Source: Octopus sinensis
Lineage: Eukaryota
Length of the DNA: 64,000 nucleotides
Direction: 5' to 3'
Assembly: GCF_006345805.1 (NCBI RefSeq)
Contig: NC_043000.1
Span: 99,262,001 to 99,326,000, forward strand
In this document: positions 55,009-64,000 of the stretch, piece by piece
How positions within the stretch are numbered: position 1 is the stretch's first letter
Layout of the letters: each line of letters opens with the position of its first letter
Translations under genes and position numbers: made by a program
The notes under the pieces: model-generated
Databases searched by the model: none
What the model saw: only the letters and a program-made list of their open reading frames with translations
What the model was told of the DNA's origin: nothing

Positions 55009-55115
55009 GTTCTTTATACGATGCACCGTTTCGTCTATTGTTTAATGGTAAACCAACCTGATTAAATTAAATCAAGCTAGTCTTCCATAGGCCGATAGAT
55101 TCATCAGTAAAGAAC
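55009..55115 (-). ncRNA. Type I hammerhead ribozyme motif
   Basis: GUUCUUUA-CUGAUGA-A UCUAU...AUAGA C-GAA-ACGG UGCA UCGU-A-UAAAGAAC. 8-bp stem I, intact core, GUA triplet. Confidence 0.8.
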
Positions 55116-55236
55116 GGCCAGATCGGAGCAGATATTTACACGAGGCATTTCCACCACTGTCTCAGCAATATCTGACCTAAAGTTTTCAAATCATCGCACT
55201 CGCGCCAAATTTATCGGCAGCAAATATAAGCCGCCG

Positions 55237-55267
<31 letters not shown>

Positions 55268-56351
55268 CCACACCCTAACCATAGACTACAAGTACTAGAT
55301 ACAGAGCTTTGGCTGGAAACTGAATAATAAGACCCGAATCCTTTATTCACACTATGCCAAACCTATAGCCCCCAAATACCTGATCCACCGGAACTCAGCT
55401 ATCGCGCACAATGCTAAATTCAATATATTGGTGGCAGGCCTCATAAGAGTAAGGAGAAATGTGTCCCGCATGTGCGACCCTACAGAGTTAAAGAGACACA
55501 TACAAATTTCGTTCACCGCAAGTACTTCTCAGGATACAGCCATAGAGCAAGGATCAGAGTATACAAAGGAGCCATGAGGAAATTTGAAACTATCATACGT
55601 AACGATCGGAATGGGATTTACCCACTCAGTAGGACCAAGTCATGGAATACCATTGAAAGGATTAAGAAGAAAATAGGGAGGGCCAACGCCTGGTATGACA
55701 GCCACAAATACCAGAGTGTCATGTTCGTTGACACCACCACTAGAAGCGAACTGGCGTACCGCTTTAGAAGGGCCCTAGACAAATTTAAACTAAGAATTAA
55801 GGCTGTAGAAAGGCCAGGCAACCCTATCAAATCTCTAGTCGATAGAACCTACCTTTTTAGTAGAGCTCCCTGTACTGATAGGAACTGTACTGTATATAGA
55901 TTTAGCCCACAGACAAACTGCAAAGCCAGGAATGTAATCTATAGTATAAGATGTACAGAGGGACGGTGCAGTAAGGAGACAACGATGTACGTAGGGGAAA
56001 CAGCACGGAGCATAGGAGAACTTAAGGAAGAGAAGAGCTCATCAGTTCTGTACCAGCACGCAGAGCAGGAACACGGGTAATCGCTCATCAACATAGAATT
56101 TAAAATCTTGTCCATACATAGAACAGACTCAACGCTTAGACACATTTCAGAAGCTACACACATAAAAGAAGATAAACCTAGCCTGAATAGGAAACTAGAA
56201 TGGAACACTAGAACCTCCCCTCCCAACACACCACAACCTATGACAGAATAAGATCCCCATAAACTGATAACAATATGAATATAATATAATACAATACAAC
56301 TATATATTTTAACAAAATAAATTGAATTAAATACAAAAAAAAGGAAAAAGA

Positions 56352-56420
56352 AAGAGAAGAGAAAAAATAAGAGAAGAGAAAAAATAAGAGAAGAGAAAAA
56401 ATAAGAGAAGAGAAAAAATA
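56352..56420. repeat. 17-bp minisatellite (agagaagagaaaaaata) x4 in the PLE 3' region
   Basis: Directly visible. Confidence 0.9.
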
Positions 56421-56621
56421 ATGAACAAAGTAAATAAAACCAAATTAAACGAACGTGTATAAAGAGAAGATACTGATAATACAGGCACATTGCCCCACAC
56501 AGACACACTTACTAAACATAGACACACACACGCATACGCAAATAAAGACATACACAATAGGAATACAAAATGGTTGATCATTAGTAAGGAAAGACACATA
56601 AAAAAGAAAAAAGAAAACAAA

Positions 56622-56666
56622 GGACCACTGATGAAGTCACAGAAGTGTGACGAAAGAACTCTGGCC
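56622..56666 (+). ncRNA. Minimal type I hammerhead ribozyme motif in PLE 3' region
   Basis: GGACCA-CUGAUGA-A-GUCACA GAAG UGUGAC-GAA-AG AA CU-C-UGGCC. Confidence 0.72.
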
Positions 56667-56773
56667 GAAATACGATTAATACAAAATAAAGCTGAAGCAA
56701 GTGAACACCAAATATATAGTGCGTGTGTTTTTATTGGTTAAACTGGCAACATGACCATCCACAAATACAACAC

Positions 56774-56829
<56 letters not shown>

Positions 56830-56862
56830 ATATATTATATATATATATATTATATATATATA

Positions 56863-56909
<47 letters not shown>

Positions 56910-57805
56910 CATATATATATATAATATATAATATATATTATATATATATATATAATATATATATATATATTATATATATATACATATGCGTTTGTATGTG
57001 TTACGTATATCCCTTGTCTATGTGTGAGTGGATGCGAATGAGTCACAAGACTGCCTAAATTATATAGAGGTTTATTATAATCCTGTTATCCGTCCTGTAA
57101 ATTTCATTGTATGAAAATTTGCTTAATCAGCAAAGATGGCGTCTAGACAGCTTAACGTACGTCTTTAATTTCTGTTAATACGGTCCACAATTTGATTTTA
57201 ATGTCTTTTGGTATTCTTTTTGTTCTGATTCCTACTGTACACTGGGTTTCTCGTTCTGTTTTTGTTTAATTCAGATTTACGATTTAAGGTTTATCGAAGC
57301 ATATCAAATTATATAAAAATATTCTTTTTCTGTTGGTAATGTGAAAACATTTAAACACTGACGTCGTCTGCTGTTTTATGAACACCCAAAAGCATCGAAT
57401 GTCTTGTGTGTAATAGGTTTAACAGAGATTATCAACGAATTTCTAATGAGTGAAAGTAAGAGCGAGAGAGTGAAAGAAAGAGAGACGGACAGATCGACAG
57501 ATACACTAATTCAGGGACACTAAAATAAATGGTTGAAGTGGGGGGAAAGGAGGACTACAACGAAAGTTGAAAGAAACTAAAAGAACATAGAAAGAAACTT
57601 TTAGAAATAAAAATGAAGGAATGACATGTGGATGGATGGATGGATGGATGACCGGATGGATGGATGGATGGATTGATGGATGGATGGATGGATGGATGGA
57701 TGGATTGATGGATGGATTGATGGATGGATGGATGAATGGATGGATGGACGGATGGATGAGTGCAAGAATACATTAAAAAGCAGACAGTTAGACAGGCAGA
57801 TAGAC

Positions 57806-57840
<35 letters not shown>

Positions 57841-57868
57841 TAGATAGATAGATAGATAGATAGATAGG

Positions 57869-57914
<46 letters not shown>

Positions 57915-58089
57915 CAAGGGACAAGGGAAATTTGTTTTTTATTATGAGCAGAGGCAAACATATTACAAAAACGAGCAATATATTATATAATTTTGCATAA
58001 ATTAAGAAAGGCAATTCTGCAAATCTAAAAATTAAGCTCAATAAATTATTTACCACTGCAAAAGGACGAATATAATATTTTTTTCCAAT

Positions 58090-59720
58090 ACATAGAAAAA
58101 GGGTTTAGCCCTGCTTACATCTAGGATACTGTAAAGACTCACAAATAGACTCCCACCGATTTATAATATCCCAACACAACACCCCAACTCATAGGATCGC
58201 TAAACAAGTAGACAATATCATTAATATGCACCAGTGAGGTGCAGTGTAGGATATCAAACAGATATAGAAATCTAAAACGTATTAGCAAAGTTGAGGATAT
58301 TTTAGTTATCGGTGTTAAAAGAATCTTTGTCGATATTTCTGTATTGGAAACGTTAGGTATATTAAACAAGGTGCGAAAACAAATCATTACAAAACTAGCT
58401 AATATGTTAAGGAACATTACTGGAAAGTTCTTGTTGGTCTGTACGACATGATTCCTGTCTAGAACAATCTGGAAACTTAGTTCGACAGAGTGACCATCGG
58501 TTTTCTAATAAAGCCCACATCTGCGACGTTCCATACGGTTCGTGTTGAAAACATGTTTATTCGTGAATATAATAATGTCATAAAAATATATATGATCTGT
58601 ACATTACTAACACATTTGTTGCGATAGATACACAGGAATAAGTCGGTAGAGTGATAGAGAGATATGACTGTGTGAATAAGGATCCAATTAGACAGATGTC
58701 GGTATACACGCACAAATGAAAATACCAACAAATGCCTACATTTGCACAGTGATAGTAAGTACTCCCAACATATATAAATTTTATGTAGCCAAATCCCTTT
58801 TGTAATGGATCTTATAAATTTCAGTCTCAAAAGAAGCTTTAAACAACAAAATCATATGAATTTAACGAGCGTTAACTAACAACACACACACATACACACG
58901 CACATGTGTGTATTTGTATATGTGCATGCATATATGTATGTGTGTCTATGTACATATGTATACTCGAACAAGTATAAAATCACCTCCACAAATATAATAC
59001 TTAGTAAGATGTACAAACCATACATATAGTATTATACTTAAACTGATGCACCCAAGTTATAAAATGAATGAAGACGTTCATAAAACAGAACGCAGCATGC
59101 ACCACAACTAACCATATACTAACAGTAAGTATATATATTACAGAACCGTCAGAGTTAATAACCTTCTTGTCAGCATGACACCGCTAAACGGCAAGTCACA
59201 GAATATTTCACAGAGGCAATGTACGTAATATTAAAATTCCAAAGTAAACATGAGTCGTAAACTTCGTGCCTTAAAGTGTTGCATCACCCATACATGCTCG
59301 ACATTTTCTCGTCGATTGATCATGCATTTACAAGGAGCTATTACAGAGGATTGTAATACAAAACAAATAAAACTAAATAGAAAAATTTAGTTGATAAAAT
59401 GCCATCCTATATAGAATTTCACTAAAAAAAAGTACTGGAATAACTACCAAAGCTTTACTGGAACTAAAATATAAACCATAAAATCAACACAAGCGCATAG
59501 CATATGTGAAATACAATATGAAAGTAACCTGGAGTTAACTGTTGCACATGGCGAGATTGATTTATATTAAATATGGTGATAATGGTTATATTCCAACATC
59601 GTTCCGAAGATTCTGCCTTACTATGATATATAAGAAAAGAAGAACAAAAAAACGATAGCAACATGTCGCTATTACCCACTTCATTCTGAAGACGGAGCCT
59701 AGAAACATTAACGGGTTTAG
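58090..59720 (+). mobile_element. Highly degenerate Penelope-like RT relic
   Basis: Broken-frame matches to PLE RT motifs: PAY..G..KTHK, IISQxNTPTHRIAKQVDNII, CTT..F, QSD..., plus a downstream hammerhead-like motif near 59686. Confidence 0.55.
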
Positions 59721-60902
59721 AAATGATATTATTCCAAACGAAATGTAAAGGACTAACAAGGAAATATTAGAAAAACAATAAAAAGAAAAATTAAAGTTAG
59801 CTCTACCACAAGAAAACCATATGCTGCAATGAGAAGGTAGAGAAGAAATAGAGTAAATAGAGCATTAGAAATAATACCTATTTCTTTACTACCCACAAGG
59901 TAGAGGACGAACAAGGACAGAGAGGACAAACAAGGACAGACAAACGCATTAAGTCGATTCTCGGCGGAATTTGAACTCAGAACGTAGCGACAGACGAAAT
60001 ACCGCTAACAATTTCGCCCGGCGTGCTAACGTTTCTGCCAGCTCGCCGCCTTAGCATCAGAAATAATACCATGCAATAATTGCTCCCGATATCTGAGCAT
60101 TGTGTTCTGATCCCGTCGATGTTACTTCAGGATAAAGTACCAATGAATATAGGAGTAATTTCACTCTCTGTCTCTCTCTTTTCCTCTCTTTTACTTCTAC
60201 CTCTCTCCTTTTATTCCTCTCCCTTTCTCCTCTCGCTTTCTCCCACTCTCTCTCTTTCTGAGGCAGCTACGTTGAAGGGACAAGAAAGGATTGTTCATAT
60301 TGGGAATTCACCAATACTTTCCACCACCATTTTGTGAACTTGCTAAAACAAACCAGCGGAAAACAAAAGGGATGATGAAAATGCCATGTCAAGTGAAAGA
60401 TGCATCAATACACTGTTCATTTGATTTCTGAGAACCCTGCTCCCCCCTTCTCACACACACCACACATATACTTCATTGTAAATGATCTTAGGACTGAATC
60501 GCAAGTCACATTACTTTTGAAGGCCAAAGTCAAAGTGCGGTAGACACACGCACACAATATTGTCTGTGTGTGTATGTGTGCGTGCGTGTGTGTGTGTGTG
60601 CCCGTGCCTGTGTGTGTACCCGTGCCTTTGTGTGTGTCCGTGCCCGTGTGTGTGTCTGTGTCAGTGCTTTTATGCACCATACGTCTACATGAGATGTAGT
60701 CCCAAAGGGAACACTACACTGTTCGACATTCTAACAAAACATCCAGGTTAAGTTGAATATATATATTGCCTTTTAGTATCAATACGGCTTCTATCACTGA
60801 TAATTACTTAACACACAAACACACACATACACATACACGCACACACGTATATATACATATTCATATTTATACATATATATTGACATGTGGTGTAAGCGTG
60901 GT

Positions 60903-60946
<44 letters not shown>

Positions 60947-61370
60947 TATATATATAATTTATATATATATAAGTAAATAAATGAAGTTGATCGCAGATGC
61001 TATTCAAATTCTTTTACATTCGACACTGTTTGTTCGAAGACAACATTGGTTTTACTCGAAAAGGTAGGCTCTCTTTCTTTCCTGATGAGAAGATTGCATT
61101 TACACCGTTTATTCCTTTGGAATAAAACCAATGTTGTCTTCGAAACATATGTCGAAAGTAAAAGAATTTGAATACCATCTGCGTTCAACTCCATTTAATT
61201 ACTTATACTACACAAATTACTGCACATTAACCCGGAGTTTCTACCTTTGAATAGGTCGCTACATCTTTGTTACTTGCGTGAATTTTGCTACACTGGTAAC
61301 TGTTTATTGAATTTTCCATGATAACAGTAAACAAGGAAATTCATTCATCCATTATATTATTATATATATA

Positions 61371-61409
<39 letters not shown>

Positions 61410-62639
61410 CTATATAATATATATTATAAGGGCAACTTATCATAAGAAGACACCAAATGGCTCTAAAACTACCATTTATAATTATATTTATAAAATTAGA
61501 TACTTTCTATTAATTTTTACCTAAATCGTTTTTTTACATGCTAGCTGCTTGATAAAATCCTATATAGATTTTATCCTTCATTATAATGATAAATATGAAT
61601 TCACTTCAGCAAATTTATTCGCTGCTGAATTATTTTGGTCATTCACCCGTTTCTGAGATGAACAAACTAGATTCAACTTATATATAAATGCGAACATTTG
61701 TATTGGCACAGTGGATGCGCAATGTGTTCATATGGTATATATAGATGTTTATAATTATGTATTTTGAGTTATGTCATACTAAAGACGATGAAGGGTATTA
61801 CATCCCTAAACCAGAAATTGATCTATGGCTAAACCTTTTTAAAAATATTTTTTGTTCATTTCCCTCGCATTCAGCCCGTGTCTATGTGATACATAAGGTA
61901 GTTTTAGAGCCATTGGCGTCTTCTTCTAGCATGTGGTGCTACTCAGTAGTTGCCTTTATTAAAATTATATTTATAAAATTAAATACTTTGTATTAATTTT
62001 TACCTAAACGGTATTTTACATGCTAGCTACTTGATAAAATCTTATATAGATTTTATCCTAGATTATTTTTAATTAAGAAAAAAAAAAAGATATGTGAAAA
62101 ATAAAATACTTCTAAATAAGAAAAACTGAAAAACTGAAATGAAGACAAAATGAAATTTTTTTTTTTAAATAACAGAACATAGTTATTAATTTCTGATCTT
62201 GGTAAAAAGATGTAAAATTTAGAACAAAAGAGAATGAAACACAGCAGGAAATTATAAAACCGTATTTTGATTGTAATTTTAAGTAATTTTGTAAGATGAT
62301 GAAGTAATCTGTTGAAGAAATAGTATAAGATATACTCGCCTTCATGCAAGATATGATATACATTCGGTGACAAAATATGGCAAATTTGTTTTTCAAAATG
62401 TTCTTGTAATGACATATTTGGTTAGTTTTAATAAAATTCCCTGGGAAGCATAGAATTTGGTGCCTGTGATATTAGTCATGATTTTAGGTAAAATTTGCAC
62501 ACTGATTTTAAATGTACCATCGCTTGCTGTTGGTTATCGAGATATATTATACCCCTAATTGCTATGCATACAGCCAATAGAGTGCAATAATTGATGATTA
62601 AAAATTAATATCACCTTTTGGGTAAAAAATATAATGGCT

Positions 62640-63760
62640 TCCTATAACGTTTATCTAATCAGACGTCAAACGAAAGTGACGTTTCAGAGACTTCCTATAC
62701 CCCAAGACAATCACGTTCAGTAATCTACCATCAAATGAGTATCCCAGTGCTCCCAGTATCTTTCCTCCATAGTTCTTAAATTTTGATGGAATCGTTCACT
62801 CTGTTCATTGTTTAGGTAACCAAGGTTGTCTGACAAACGATCTAAATGGCTGTGGAGGCACTTTGATGCTCATATTACAGGCAAGTTGACGAAAAGAAGT
62901 AGTTATCTGCTTTATGGCTCCCAAGAAAAATTCTTACAACCACAGTGAACGGAAACCACCCATCTGCTTCAGCATTGTTCATTGAATTTTGGAAATATGC
63001 GTCTTTCATTAGTTCCCGGATTTGTGGTCCATCGAAAATACCTGTCTCCAGCTTCTTAATGCTCGCTTGAAATTTACTGTATATTTAGTCAAAGCAGTAC
63101 CCGTCTTTCTTCAAAGTTTTCACAAACTGTTTCATTAAACCCAGTATAGTGTGCAGCTTTATTCAAATAATCTTATCTATGTCAATCAATGGTCCTGTGA
63201 TTATATTCTATTCTCTAATGACCTATTTTTCTCACTCAGTGCTCAACTCTCCCAGAGATAGATAAAAAACAAATGCTCAGTCTATCCACTCTGCAAGTCC
63301 AGGAAAACGTTTGCCATTTTATGATCCACACAGAGTAGCAATTGGTGGTCGTAATATGATACCTTTTTTAAGACAAGGGCGATTGTTTTCTACTGCTCCA
63401 TCATATATGGGTGAGCAATTGGGATCGATCTATATTTGTTGCTATTGTGTAGAAACACATATTTAAACTCCGGTTAAAGCCATTTATAAATAACCGCCAT
63501 TCACTTGGTACATTTTTAGATACATCCAATTTCACCAGCAAGCTTTGAACATCACTGTAAAAAGCGCAATCCTTTTCCTCCGAGAAGGGCCGAAATGGTA
63601 ATTCACGCTACTGAGTCAACCTGTTTTAATTTCGGCTCTCCACTACGTTTCTTGCTCGATTTCAGTTGTGGTCCACTTTGCCTTTCAACTGCATCTGATT
63701 CCAAAATATAGGCCTTCTAATGTTACCGACGATCTGGTTTTCATGTGCATACGTTCCTAA
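62640..63760 (-). mobile_element. Degenerate DDE DNA-transposase relic, probably Chapaev3-like (CMC)
   Basis: Minus strand gives EWRLFI, LHTILGLMKQFVKTLKKDG and KLETGIFDGPQIRELMKD, with stops and frameshifts. The superfamily assignment is from memory. Confidence 0.6.
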
Positions 63761-64000
63761 TAAGAATGCTGGTTATTTCTTTCCAGGCATTTAACAGTAT
63801 GTAATTAGCCATGAGACGTGTAAAGTTTCCTATAAACATTACTTACGCTTAAGTAATTAGTTGGGGGTAGTAATACAGCTTAATTGATAATAATTAAAGT
63901 ATTGTTTTTATTAGCTGTTGTTGAGTCAGTTGAAGTTGTCAGTCATTGACATAAACATTTAGTTATTAGATAATTAGTAAGTTGTTTTTCACATAGAAAT

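Larger units (their letters stand above)
55265..56700 (+). mobile_element. Penelope-like element, 5'-truncated: end of RT, GIY-YIG endonuclease, 3' pseudo-LTR with hammerhead
   Basis: LQVLDTELW, YAKP, SGYSHRARIR, VMFVDTT, CKARNVIYSIRC...YVGETARS...HAEQEH, EATHIKEDKPSLNRKLEW. The 5' end abuts (TA)n. Confidence 0.85.

Noticed and set aside
56078-56080. Selenocysteine read-through in the PLE endonuclease (known for some Naiad PLEs)
   Set aside because: The interrupting stop is TAA, not TGA, and the copy has other frameshifts.
58139-58830. Minus-strand hydrophobic ORFs as a membrane-protein gene
   Set aside because: They are better explained as the antisense of a decayed Penelope RT on the plus strand.

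Overview
Eukaryotic, AT-rich genomic DNA that is extremely rich in microsatellites and transposons. The SINE repertoire suggests an octopod cephalopod; this is an inference from recalled repeat families, with no search run. One host gene is supported: a + strand MFS monocarboxylate-transporter (SLC16-like) gene. It has three exons with matching splice phases (25182-25325, 33908-35254, 38059-38207); the N-terminal exons were not found and probably lie upstream of the window. The rest is mobile DNA: two full-length and one internally deleted mariner, a young 5'-truncated Tx1-clade LINE sitting inside a (GATA)n tract, RTE, CR1, R4/Dong-like and CRE-like LINE pieces, three Penelope-like (PLE) remnants, a Chapaev3-like transposase relic, MITEs, and several SINE families. 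The most interesting signals are two. First, a set of type I hammerhead-ribozyme motifs (three near-complete, several degenerate) lies in PLEs or in short non-coding, often fold-back, modules bounded by (TA)n, which suggests retrozyme-like PLE-dependent mini-elements. Second, the Tx1 LINE appears specific for (GATA)n/(TATC)n, with two related 3' ends stacked in the same tract. All alignments and RNA folds were done by eye. Coordinates of degenerate repeats are approximate.
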